Source of the DNA: Candidatus Yanofskybacteria bacterium RIFCSPHIGHO2_01_FULL_43_32
Lineage (GTDB): Bacteria; Patescibacteriota; Minisyncoccia; 2-02-FULL-40-12; GWA2-44-9
Direction of reading: 5' to 3'
Assembly (NCBI GenBank): GCA_001794125.1
Contig: MGJF01000002.1
Coordinates: 108,514 to 172,513, forward strand
DNA: 64,000 nucleotides
Positions 8,079 to 16,915 of this stretch are shown here, piece by piece (position 1 is the stretch's first letter; every line of letters starts with the position of its first letter). The translations under genes were made by a program, and so were the position numbers. The notes below the pieces were generated by a model. It saw only the letters and a program-made list of their open reading frames with translations. It ran no database searches and was not told the origin of the DNA.

Positions 8079-9329
8079 ATGGATCAATTCTCTTTTGCTT
8101 TAGATTCTCTGCAAACTGTTTTGTGGTTTCTTGCTGGTTATTGGTGGATATTTCTGCCGGTTTTGTTGTTTTTTGGCCTGATGACCGCCTTTGAGACCTA
8201 TACAAAAATGAAATACATCAAATCCATAAAATGGACTCTTGTGAATTTGAAAATTCCGCAAGACCCCGGCAAGAGTCCCAAGGCCACGGAGCAAATATTT
8301 GCCGCGCTCCACGGTACTTTGCCTCCTCCGATAATATGGAGAAACAAATTTTTTAAGGGTACTATGGTTAACTGGATTTCTTTAGAGATAGTCGGTATCG
8401 GAGGAGAAACCCATTTTTACGTAAGAATGCCGGAACAATTTAAGAAATTGGTTCAATCCCAGATTTACGCGCATTATCCCGATGCGGAAATTTCTGAAGT
8501 TGCCGACGACTATGTTAACTTACTGCCTGCGTCTTTGCCAAATGATGCGTACGACCTTTTTGGGTCGGAAATAATTTTAAGCAAGGAGGATTTTTACCCT
8601 ATCAGGACTTATCCCGAATTTGAAGAGAAGTCCAGCGGTCCCGATTATGTAAAAAGAATTGACCCCTTGGCATCCTTGGCGGAAGTTCTTTCGAGTTTAG
8701 AAGCGGGCGAATTCTTGGGCGTACAATTGATTATCAGGCCGACCGGAGACGGTTGGGTTAAAAAAGGCCAGTCCGAGATGGATAAATTGCAAGGCAAGAA
8801 GTCTAAAGCCGGAGAAAGCATGCTGTCTAATCTTGTTTTTGAAATTGATAAAATTATTCCCGGGCATGTGGAGGTTGAAAAATCAGAAAAGAAACCGGAA
8901 CAAACTCAATTAACTTCGGGCAAACAGGAAGCCATAAAAGCGGCTGAAAGAAAAATGTCTAAGCTTGGCTACGAATGCGGAATAAGATTTATGTATTCGG
9001 GGCCCAAAGAGAATTTTCACAGAGCTCACATATCCGGCGTAGTGGGGGTTTTTAAGCAGTATGCTTTGCAGACCATTAACAGCTTTAAGCTCAATGGTCC
9101 TACGATAACCGCCGGCAAATGGCCTTTCAAAAAACAGAAAGAGTATAACAAAAAAATATTTTTCTTAAATAAATATAAAAACCGGTCATTGCCGGCGAAG
9201 GCCTTTATACTGAACATAGAGGAATTAGCAACGATATACCATCTTCCTGATATCGGCGTGAAGTCGCCGTTACTGCCGAGGGTTGAAGCAAAGAAAGGCG
9301 AACCGCCGGTCGGGTTGCCCATAGGTTAG
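8079..9329 (+). CDS. hypothetical membrane-anchored protein, upstream partner of the TraD-like ATPase
   Basis: N-terminal TM (LWFLAGYWWIFLPVLLFFGLM), then a ~370-aa soluble part with no recognised motif. Separated by only 16 nt from the downstream ATPase on the same strand. Confidence 0.4.
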   Translation: MDQFSFALDSLQTVLWFLAGYWWIFLPVLLFFGLMTAFETYTKMKYIKSIKWTLVNLKIPQDPGKSPKATEQIFAALHGTLPPPIIWRNKFFKGTMVNWISLEIVGIGGETHFYVRMPEQFKKLVQSQIYAHYPDAEISEVADDYVNLLPASLPNDAYDLFGSEIILSKEDFYPIRTYPEFEEKSSGPDYVKRIDPLASLAEVLSSLEAGEFLGVQLIIRPTGDGWVKKGQSEMDKLQGKKSKAGESMLSNLVFEIDKIIPGHVEVEKSEKKPEQTQLTSGKQEAIKAAERKMSKLGYECGIRFMYSGPKENFHRAHISGVVGVFKQYALQTINSFKLNGPTITAGKWPFKKQKEYNKKIFFLNKYKNRSLPAKAFILNIEELATIYHLPDIGVKSPLLPRVEAKKGEPPVGLPIG

Positions 9330-9345
9330 GCCGGATAATTAAATT

Positions 9346-11016
9346 ATGGTTTCATCGGAACAAAAAGAAACGGTTTTTTTGGGGGAGACAAGCTTTAGGA
9401 ACAATAAGGTCCGTTTTGGCATTAAACAGGATGACCGCAGAAGGCACATGTATGTCGTCGGTTCAACCGGAATGGGAAAGTCCGAATTTCTCAAGAGTAT
9501 GGCCATTCAGGATATTGAAGCTGGACGGGGCGTATGTTTTATTGATCCTCACGGCGATTCGGCCGATGATCTGCTCGACTATGTTCCGGAAAACCGGATA
9601 AAAGACGTTATTTATTTTGATCCGGATGACCTGCAATATCCCATAGCATTTAACGTTATGGAGGGAATAGGGTTTGACTATAGGCACTTGGTTGCATCGG
9701 GTCTCGTGGGCGTGTTTAAAAAAATTTGGGGAGCTGAAGCGTGGTCCGGAAGGATGGAATATATTTTAAATAATACCATTTTGGCTCTTCTTGAATATCC
9801 GGATTCAACCCTTCTGGGAATCAATAGATTGATGTCCAGTAAAGAATATCGGAAAAAAGTTGTTGCCAATGTAACTGACCCGATCGTTAAAGCTTTTTGG
9901 ACTGACGAATTTGCCAAATACGCCGACAAATTTGCTACAGAAGCTACGGCGGCCATACAAAACAAAGTCGGACAATTCGCCTCAAATAATGTCATCAGAA
10001 ATATTCTCGGCCAGCCCAAATCCAAGATAAATATCAGAAAGATCATGGATGAAGGCAAAATCATGATTGTTAATGTTTCAAAAGGCAAGATTGGAGAAGA
10101 CGCCTCGCGTTTATTGGGAGCTTTTCTTATTACTAAAATACAATTGGCGGCGATGTCGAGAGTTGATACGCCCGAATCAGAAAGAAAGGATTTTTATCTG
10201 TATGTAGACGAGTTTCAAAATTTTGCGACGGAATCTTTCGCTAATATTTTGTCGGAAGCCAGAAAATATCATTTGAGCTTGGTGATGGCCCATCAATATA
10301 TAAAACAAATGGAAGAACCGGTTATGGATGCGGTGTTTGGAAACGTCGGCACTATTGTTTCTTTCAGGGTCGGCGCCGAAGATGCCGAATATTTGGAAAA
10401 ATGGTTCCAGCCAGATTTTATGATGAATGATATTGTAAATCTCGGGAAGCGTAGTATGTATCTGAAGTTGATGATAAGCGGTGTCTCGTCAAAAGGATTT
10501 TCGGCCTCAACGCTGGAAAGATTTCCCAAACTGGAAAACTCAAACCGCCAGGCAATAATTGACGCCTCACGTGAGGCTTATAGCACCCCGAAGAGTATCG
10601 TAGAAAAAGAAATAGCCGAATGGGCCGGGCCGGTTGCTGAAGAATCTTTCACGAGACCAATACCGGAGCGCAAAAGAGATGACAGGCCCTTCAGCTCGGT
10701 TCAGGGCAAGCCAGCTTATGGACCGCCTCCCCTTCGACCAAACTCAGGTCAGGGCAGAGAAGGGAGGCCTTATCCGCCGAGAAGAGAAGAAAATAGGCCG
10801 CCATCTAGACCGCCTCAAAATAATATTCAAACCATCAAGCCCAAAGAGGCGTCTTTGAGCGCCTTAACTGCCCCAGTCGATTTCAGGGGCCGTAAAATAG
10901 ATGATAAATGGAAGGGAAAGAAACCTTCCTTCGCTAAAGCTTCGGAGGGCAAAAAGGAAGTAGACACCGGCGAATTGAAGAAACTGCTGGAGGAGTCGTT
11001 GAAAAAGAAAGAATAA
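9346..11016 (+). CDS. TraD/TrwB/VirD4-like P-loop NTPase (type IV coupling-protein / DUF87-like family) with disordered Pro/Arg-rich C-terminal tail
   Basis: Walker A YVVGSTGMGKSEF, FIDPHGD, Walker B FYLYVDEFQNFA, LSLVMAHQY arginine-finger region. The last ~130 aa are low-complexity (PPPLRPNSGQGREGRPYPPRREENRPPSRPPQ). Confidence 0.5.
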   Translation: MVSSEQKETVFLGETSFRNNKVRFGIKQDDRRRHMYVVGSTGMGKSEFLKSMAIQDIEAGRGVCFIDPHGDSADDLLDYVPENRIKDVIYFDPDDLQYPIAFNVMEGIGFDYRHLVASGLVGVFKKIWGAEAWSGRMEYILNNTILALLEYPDSTLLGINRLMSSKEYRKKVVANVTDPIVKAFWTDEFAKYADKFATEATAAIQNKVGQFASNNVIRNILGQPKSKINIRKIMDEGKIMIVNVSKGKIGEDASRLLGAFLITKIQLAAMSRVDTPESERKDFYLYVDEFQNFATESFANILSEARKYHLSLVMAHQYIKQMEEPVMDAVFGNVGTIVSFRVGAEDAEYLEKWFQPDFMMNDIVNLGKRSMYLKLMISGVSSKGFSASTLERFPKLENSNRQAIIDASREAYSTPKSIVEKEIAEWAGPVAEESFTRPIPERKRDDRPFSSVQGKPAYGPPPLRPNSGQGREGRPYPPRREENRPPSRPPQNNIQTIKPKEASLSALTAPVDFRGRKIDDKWKGKKPSFAKASEGKKEVDTGELKKLLEESLKKKE

Positions 11017-11050
11017 ACAGCTCCAGCCAGCACAATTTATTTCGATAGTT

Positions 11051-11195
11051 CACACAACCTCCATGCATGCGGAGGGAGACGCCTTCATCCCACGAAGAAC
11101 CGCATAAAACCCTGCTGGGTTTTTGCTCTCTCTCGGCTACCCGCCTGCGAACGTTCTTCTTTGGAATGAAGGCGTCTCCCTCCGCCGGTTGCTAT
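11051..11195 (+). repeat. Rep-B hairpin repeat, copy B, with a ~90-bp element nested in its loop
   Basis: cacaacctccatgcatgcggagggagacgcc[...]ggcgtctccctccgccggttg. The usual AT-rich loop is replaced by 11083-11172. Confidence 0.5.
11083..11172 (+). mobile_element. short palindromic element with Rep-A-type terminal inverted repeats (cttcatccca ... tggaatgaagg) inserted in the Rep-B loop
   Basis: The terminal sequences match the Rep-A ends. The interior (cgaagaaccgc...gcgaacgttcttctt) is itself palindromic. Confidence 0.4.
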
Positions 11196-11206
11196 TGTTT
11201 TTATAT

Positions 11207-11362
11207 CACTTTAACGAGGCGAATAAAAAGCGAAAGGCAATTGGCTTAGAGGAACGACCCGCAGGCGCTTGGGCTTGGTTCCTCCAAGCGCCGAGGGAGA
11301 AGAAATTTTTATCGCTGGAATAAAAATATTCTGGTTCCGAGAAGCCAGTTGCCTTGAGCGAG
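11207..11362 (+). repeat. Rep-C leader repeat copy 2 (upstream of the HD-domain gene)
   Basis: See 3361-3601. It lacks the two hairpin insertions of copy 1. Confidence 0.5.
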
Positions 11363-11406
11363 TCTTGCTGTTTGGTAAGTTTGTGTTATTTTAGCGGTAT
11401 TGAGTT

Positions 11407-12675
11407 ATGTCCAACAAATACTACAAAAAATTTATCAGGATACCGCCGTCGGAGAGTATAGATATCAGGGATATTATGCCCATTGTCCATCACCCGCTTT
11501 TCCAGCGGCTCCTGCATATTTTGCAGTTAGGGGCGAATTTGGGAGTTTTTCCGGGGGCATCCCACAATCGTTTTGAGCATGCTCTTGGCGTTTACGGCAA
11601 GACCTCTCTTTTTTGCGAACGTCTGGTCAGAGAAAGTTTTCTGACCCGATATCAGGCCAAAAACATTTCGCTTTTCGGACTGCTTCACGATATCGGCCAT
11701 GGTCCGTTTTCTCATGTGATAGAAGAGCTTACGCCCGTGAATCACGATGAAAATGGATTTAAAATCATAGGCCAGCTGAATAAAGAAATAAAAGAATCAG
11801 GCGGCGACCCGAAATTTATCAAGGCCCTATTCGGGCGGAAAAATAGTTTTTATAAAATCGTGATGGATAAAAATCTTGGCATGGATAAGCTGGATTATCT
11901 TGAACGGGACGTATATCATACCGGATTCGGCCAAAGGCCGGACATAAAAAGCGTGTTTGATTATTTGAGTTTTATTGACGGGCATTTGGTAATAGACAAG
12001 AAATCGCTTGAAGCCGCCAAACAAACACAGCGCCTGTATATGTATATGTATAAGGAATTTTATCTGCATAAATCTTCCCAAATAAGCCAGCGTTTCTTGG
12101 AAAAAATGATCGCGATGTGGATAAAATTGGATAAAATAAATCCCGGCAAACTGTGGCTGATGAATGACACCGAGTTATCGGCCCATATTTATACGCACAA
12201 AAATCCTGTTTTGCAATTCTTCTACCAATCATATAAAACCAGAAATCTTCCCAAAACCGGACTGGTTATCCGGCTCAAGAATCGCCAGTCCAAAGAAAGA
12301 ATAAGCGGCAAAAAGATTAAAGTTATCGGAGAAGACAAATTATTTTTTGAAAAGTTTACAAAGCATTCGTCTTTTGGAGAGCTTGAAAAACTTGAAAATT
12401 TGATCGGCAAAGCTGTGGGAATTGAGCCGTATAAAATAGTTGTTGTTCCGATGACCACTCCATGGCGGTTTGTGCCCGAAGACATACTTTACCACGACGA
12501 CGGCAATATATTTTCCCTGAAAAAAACCCATCCGGAATATTTTGCCGCGATGAAATTAGAGGCCGACGACTATGTGGCCGTAAGAATTTGCATTATAGGA
12601 AACAGGGGCTTGATACATAAAAACTCCGAGCTGATTCACGGGCTTATTAAAAAACATCTGGGAGGCGGCAAGTAA
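11407..12675 (+). CDS. HD-domain phosphohydrolase (dNTP triphosphohydrolase / SAMHD1-like family)
   Basis: HNRFEHALGV and LLHDIGHGPFSH HD motifs. Confidence 0.7.
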   Translation: MSNKYYKKFIRIPPSESIDIRDIMPIVHHPLFQRLLHILQLGANLGVFPGASHNRFEHALGVYGKTSLFCERLVRESFLTRYQAKNISLFGLLHDIGHGPFSHVIEELTPVNHDENGFKIIGQLNKEIKESGGDPKFIKALFGRKNSFYKIVMDKNLGMDKLDYLERDVYHTGFGQRPDIKSVFDYLSFIDGHLVIDKKSLEAAKQTQRLYMYMYKEFYLHKSSQISQRFLEKMIAMWIKLDKINPGKLWLMNDTELSAHIYTHKNPVLQFFYQSYKTRNLPKTGLVIRLKNRQSKERISGKKIKVIGEDKLFFEKFTKHSSFGELEKLENLIGKAVGIEPYKIVVVPMTTPWRFVPEDILYHDDGNIFSLKKTHPEYFAAMKLEADDYVAVRICIIGNRGLIHKNSELIHGLIKKHLGGGK

Positions 12676-12677
12676 GA

Positions 12678-12724
12678 AACAAACAAACTAAAACCAAGTC
12701 AATGACTTGGTTTTAGTTTGTTTG
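12678..12724 (+). terminator. long perfect palindrome / terminator after the HD gene
   Basis: acaaacaaactaaaaccaagtcaatgacttggttttagtttgtttgt forms a ~20-bp stem. Confidence 0.5.
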
Positions 12725-12742
12725 TGCGCCCAGTTGGAATCT
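12722..12742 (-). other. partial duplicate of the tRNA-Lys 3' end (acceptor 3' strand plus part of T-arm), att-like
   Basis: tgtgcgcccagttggaatc here against tgtgcgcccagttggattcgaacc at 12934-12957. Same orientation, 190 bp apart. Confidence 0.45.
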
Positions 12743-12895
12743 CACATCGTCCGCAAAATGACTCGCCAGGCCTAGCATTTTGCTTCTCTCCTTGAAACCT
12801 TGCGGTTTCAATTCCCTGCCTTCGGCAGGCTTCCACCACGGGAAAGAACTTTTCTTTCCCGACCCCTATCTTGTTCGAATCTTCCAGGAGCGGCA

Positions 12896-12931
12896 AAAGA
12901 TAAGACCGGTATTTAGCCGGTCTTATCTTTT
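12896..12931 (-). terminator. hairpin terminator immediately 3' of tRNA-Lys (minus strand)
   Basis: aaagataagaccggtatttagccggtcttatcttt with T/A runs on both sides. Could act bidirectionally. Confidence 0.45.
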
Positions 12932-12935
12932 GATG

Positions 12936-13008
12936 TGCGCCCAGTTGGATTCGAACCAACGACCGTCTCCTTAAAAGGGAGCTGCTCTACCAACTGAGCT
13001 ATGGGCGC
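12936..13008 (-). tRNA. tRNA-Lys (anticodon TTT)
   Basis: Minus strand reads GCGCCCATAGCTCAGTTGGTAGAGCAGCTCCCTTTTAAGGAGACGGTCGTTGGTTCGAATCCAACTGGGCGCA. The 7-bp acceptor, D, anticodon (loop CTTTTAA, U33, A37) and T arms all fold. The T-loop is TTCGAAT. CCA is not encoded. Confidence 0.8.
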
Positions 13009-13132
13009 GATATTAAATCTTAAGGCATACTATGTAATACAGATTAGCAAAAATTAAGCCACAATTCAACCCGAATATCAATTTTGAAATAGGTCTTCTA
13101 AAGTGCTATGTTGGATAGACAGGATATCTATT

Positions 13133-13975
13133 ATGGCCATGAAAAATAAAAACGTCAAATATACCAAATATCAGGCGGAAACCGTATATATTGGCGAGTC
13201 CATTGACTTAAAAAAGGTTCAGGAAGGCGTTAAACAGTACTCATATTTAAACAGAGAAGACCCTTTGGTAATCAAGCTTCTCAAAGACCAGTATGCCGTC
13301 CTTACCAAGTTTGGAACGGTAACCTTCTGGAATGTTCCTGTCAATTTGCGCAAGCAGTTTTTGGGAGAAGTCCGGCCGTATATCAAAAGCAAAAAAGAAC
13401 ATTACCCATATGACGAAGATACTAAGGTTTTGATCGGCGGAGGCATAGAAAAAGTAACTTTTGAGAAGGTTTACTCGGCTCATCTTGGTGTCGAAAAAAT
13501 AAAAATAATATCGTATGTTCTTTCGCAGTCGGTGGCGCTTGAAAGATACGAAGATGACATTGACAGGAACCTGTCGGATTTTGAGATAGTCGTTGATAAT
13601 TTAAAAACAAAAGGAAAGGCCCTGTTTTCCGAAAAAAAATTACTGAAACAGATCGGCAAGGTTTTCTCGGTCAAACAGACAACCGTTGTTCATCTTGCCT
13701 TGTTTGATAAGCCGGAATCGATCTGGGAATCGCCGGACTTGGAAACTCTTTATAACAAGATGAGTTCGGAATACGATCTAAAAGTCAGGTTCGATGTTCT
13801 TGATAAAAAAATAGATTATCTTTCGGACATTTCTAAAATGATGATGGAATTTCTCGCCGAGAAAAGAAATGCTTTTTTGGAAATTATCATTATTATTCTT
13901 ATCGCCATTGACATCGTACTTTGGTTTATACCCCCGTTTCCGGAAGTGGTGAAATATTTATCCAAATTTTTATGA
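13133..13975 (+). CDS. RMD1/YagE-family (DUF155) protein with C-terminal TM
   Basis: Length, the conserved block pattern and the single C-terminal TM (LEIIIIILIAIDIVLWFIPPF) fit DUF155. The start is taken at the in-frame ATG 13133 (MAMKNKN). The ORF track begins at GTG 13103. Confidence 0.45.
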   Translation: MAMKNKNVKYTKYQAETVYIGESIDLKKVQEGVKQYSYLNREDPLVIKLLKDQYAVLTKFGTVTFWNVPVNLRKQFLGEVRPYIKSKKEHYPYDEDTKVLIGGGIEKVTFEKVYSAHLGVEKIKIISYVLSQSVALERYEDDIDRNLSDFEIVVDNLKTKGKALFSEKKLLKQIGKVFSVKQTTVVHLALFDKPESIWESPDLETLYNKMSSEYDLKVRFDVLDKKIDYLSDISKMMMEFLAEKRNAFLEIIIIILIAIDIVLWFIPPFPEVVKYLSKFL

Positions 13976-14961
13976 AGCAAGAAATCTCAAAATTATTGCG
14001 GGTAGGCGTTTTAATGGGCGGCCCTTCTTCAGAGCACGATGTCTCTCTGAATACCGGTCAAAATGTTATTGAGAATTTAGATAAAGCAAAATACGAGCCG
14101 GTTGTTATTAAAATTTCTAAGACCGGTAAGTGGTTTTCAGGAAGCAAGCCGACAACTCCGGACAAAGTTTTCAAGTTGTGTGATGTTGTTTTTAACGCTC
14201 TTCACGGGACATTCGGCGAAGACGGCAAGATTCAGGGCATTTTGGAGCATAGCGGGGTTAAATATACCGGTTCAGGGATTGCCGGCTCAGCCATAGCCAT
14301 GGATAAATTCCATAGCCGGGAAATATTCAAACTGGCAGGACTCAACGTTCCTCGAACAATGAAATTAAAGAGAGGAGAAAACTATGCGGCACAGCTTAGT
14401 TTTTTTATAAATAAAATAGTAAAGCTTCCTGTTGTCGTGAAGCCGTGTTCAAGCGGTTCTTCTGTCGGGATTCAGATAGTGGAGAATGTGGCGAAATTGG
14501 AAAAAGCGGTTGTTGCGGCTTTCAAGTTGGATAAATTTGTTCTGGTAGAGGAGTTTATAAAGGGCCGGGAATTAACCTGCGGAGTTTTGGATAATCTCAA
14601 CGGTCAGCAGGTTTCCGCTCTTCCGGTGACGGAAATAATTCCCGTTAAAAATCATAAATTTTTTAATTATGACGCTAAATACAAAACAGGACATTCCAAC
14701 GAAATAACGCCGGCGCCGCTTGACGAAGCTCTGACTAAAAAAGTTCAGGACATAGCCGTCCGGGCCCATCAGGTTTTAGGGTGCAGCGGATATTCAAGAA
14801 CGGATATGATTTTAAAGCAGGGCAATGGCACAATATATATATTGGAAACAAATACTTTGCCGGGACTAACAAAGAATTCTCTTCTCCCGAAAGCCGCTCA
14901 AACAGCCGGTTTGACGTTCACTCAATTATTGGATAAGGTAATCGAAAGCTCTTTGGTGTAA
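13972..14961 (+). CDS. ddl: D-alanine--D-alanine ligase
   Basis: VGVLMGGPSSEHDVSL, ALHGTFGEDGKIQGILE, ATP-grasp C-terminal half. ATGA overlap with the upstream gene. Confidence 0.85.
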   Translation: MKQEISKLLRVGVLMGGPSSEHDVSLNTGQNVIENLDKAKYEPVVIKISKTGKWFSGSKPTTPDKVFKLCDVVFNALHGTFGEDGKIQGILEHSGVKYTGSGIAGSAIAMDKFHSREIFKLAGLNVPRTMKLKRGENYAAQLSFFINKIVKLPVVVKPCSSGSSVGIQIVENVAKLEKAVVAAFKLDKFVLVEEFIKGRELTCGVLDNLNGQQVSALPVTEIIPVKNHKFFNYDAKYKTGHSNEITPAPLDEALTKKVQDIAVRAHQVLGCSGYSRTDMILKQGNGTIYILETNTLPGLTKNSLLPKAAQTAGLTFTQLLDKVIESSLV

Positions 14962-14971
14962 GGGGTTAGGA

Positions 14972-15172
14972 ATGCTACGCTTATTCTTGTTTGCGGTGTA
15001 TATTGGTTTTGGAACATTTTTTATGATTCCAATTTTGTTCTTTTATGCACTTAAAGGAACTACCCTAAAAAAGTTTTTTCTTCGAATCGGATTGATCCTT
15101 GTTTATATAGTGGTATTCATATTTCTATATCCATATGCGTTTGTACTTATAACTGGTTATTCACTTCCTTAA
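14972..15172 (+). CDS. small hydrophobic protein (hypothetical, two TM)
   Basis: 66-aa ORF with an RBS-like aggaatg. Purely hydrophobic. Confidence 0.25.
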   Translation: MLRLFLFAVYIGFGTFFMIPILFFYALKGTTLKKFFLRIGLILVYIVVFIFLYPYAFVLITGYSLP

Positions 15173-15205
15173 TCGGACAAATGTCCGGTTTTTTAATTTT
15201 AATAA

Positions 15206-15327
15206 CTCACACAACCTCTATGCATGACTGCGGGGTGCCCTTTTCTAAAATCTTACTAATTTTATAAAAGGGCACGCCCTCCGCCAGTTGTTTAAGTAAT
15301 AGCTTACAATTGGCAATAGGGTTTCAA
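15206..15327 (+). repeat. Rep-B hairpin repeat, copy C
   Basis: cacacaacctctatgcatgactgcggggtgccc[ttttctaaaatcttactaattttataaaa]gggcacgccctccgccagttgtttaagt. Confidence 0.55.
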
Positions 15328-15590
15328 AGTAATAAAGCGCAGCCCGGCATCTTATTGAAGCCCGTCCGAACAGGCGGGCTTGGTGTCCACGCCATAGTTC
15401 GTAAGAGAAGCTATTCAAGCTTTAGGCTTTCCGTCAGATGAGTAATGCTATTCAATAAACATCATGATATGGCAGGCTGGACCCGCCGTCGTGAGGACAA
15501 GTGGAGCCAATCGCTGGAGCAATCGGAACGGGCTGAAATAAGGTGTCGGGCGGAGCTTGTCTGACAATGTTTTTATGTTAAGATAAAATC

Positions 15591-16910
15591 ATGATTAAAA
15601 GCAGGGTTTTATCTTCGGAACTCAAAAACAATGTCGGTAAAAACGTGGTCATCGCCGGCTGGTTGTATAAAAAACGTGAATTGGGAGGGATGACTTTTTT
15701 GATTGTCAGGGACAGAGACGGCTTGATTCAGGTTCTTGATGACAAATCCAAAGAATCCGAAAAACTAAAAGGACTTTATCCGGGAACCGTTTTAATCGTC
15801 GAAGGAGAGGTTGTTGAAGAAAAGCGGGCTCCAGGCGGAATTGAAATTCATGATCCCAAGCTTAAAATCGAGGTGCCGGTGGAGTTTGTTCCCCCGATAG
15901 AAATCGATAAACCGCTAAGCCATGACTCTGAAAATCTCGACACACTTTTTGATTATAGGGTCATTGGTTTACGCAACGTAAAAGAGTCGGCCGTATTTAA
16001 GATACTGGCTGAAGTTAAAGATTCAATGCGCCGGTTTCTTAAAAAAAATGATTTTGTAGAATTCAACAGCCCCAAGCTTTTAGCCGGTTCGACTGAAGGC
16101 GGCGCCGAGGTTTTTAAACTGGATTATTTCGGTAAACCGGCCACGCTTGCTCAATCAGCCCAGTTTTACAAACAGATAATGGTTGGAGTTTTTGAGCGAG
16201 TATTTGAAATTAATCCCACCTATCGCGCCGAACGAAGTGCTACGACCCGCCACATGACCGAGTTCATGCATCTTGACGTTGAGATGGGATTCATAGATTT
16301 TGAAGGATTGATTAATATTATCGGGAGAATGCTTAAAGAAATAACCGAACAGGTTTGGGAAAATTGTGAACCGGAACTTGTTTCATGGGAAGCGGTAAAA
16401 CCGGTATTACCGGAAGAAATTCCGGTTATGACACTGGCCGATATACATGAAAAATATTCGGCTGCTAATGAACAGCAAACTATCGGAGAAAAAGATTTGC
16501 GGCCAGATGAAGAACGCTGGATTTGCGAGTACGCGAAGGAGAAGTTCGGCAGTGAAGCGGTTTTTGTGATCGAATGGCCGGCAAGCGAAATGAAGTTTTA
16601 TCACAAACTTAACGAAAAAAATCCCAATATTGCCGACAGGTTTGACCTCATATTCAGAGGCGTGGAAATATGCACGGGCAGTATGCGCGAACATCGTTAT
16701 GATAAGCTTATCCGGCAATTGAAAGACCTTGCTGGAGGCGATCCGGAAAATCCGGGTTTTAAATATTATTTGCAGGCTTTTCAATTCGGCATGCCTCCTC
16801 ACGGGGGAGTCGGTATGGGCCTTGAGCGCTTGACCCAGAAGATCATCGGCCTTTCCAACGTAAAGGAAGCATCACTTTTTCCGCGAGACATGAACCGTCT
16901 TGCTCCCTGA
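15591..16910 (+). CDS. aspS: aspartate--tRNA ligase, archaeal/eukaryal-type (class IIb, ~440 aa; possibly non-discriminating)
   Basis: N-terminal OB-fold anticodon-binding domain, class II motifs (FRGVEICTGSMREH, GMPPHGGVGMGLERL). Length is typical of type-2 AspRS. AsnRS cannot be fully excluded. Confidence 0.75.
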   Translation: MIKSRVLSSELKNNVGKNVVIAGWLYKKRELGGMTFLIVRDRDGLIQVLDDKSKESEKLKGLYPGTVLIVEGEVVEEKRAPGGIEIHDPKLKIEVPVEFVPPIEIDKPLSHDSENLDTLFDYRVIGLRNVKESAVFKILAEVKDSMRRFLKKNDFVEFNSPKLLAGSTEGGAEVFKLDYFGKPATLAQSAQFYKQIMVGVFERVFEINPTYRAERSATTRHMTEFMHLDVEMGFIDFEGLINIIGRMLKEITEQVWENCEPELVSWEAVKPVLPEEIPVMTLADIHEKYSAANEQQTIGEKDLRPDEERWICEYAKEKFGSEAVFVIEWPASEMKFYHKLNEKNPNIADRFDLIFRGVEICTGSMREHRYDKLIRQLKDLAGGDPENPGFKYYLQAFQFGMPPHGGVGMGLERLTQKIIGLSNVKEASLFPRDMNRLAP

Positions 16911-16915
16911 CCACT

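Noticed and set aside
15328-15590. T-box leader upstream of aspS
   Set aside because: No AGGGTGGNACCGCG T-box sequence or specifier-loop arrangement was found. Retained only as an unassigned structured leader.
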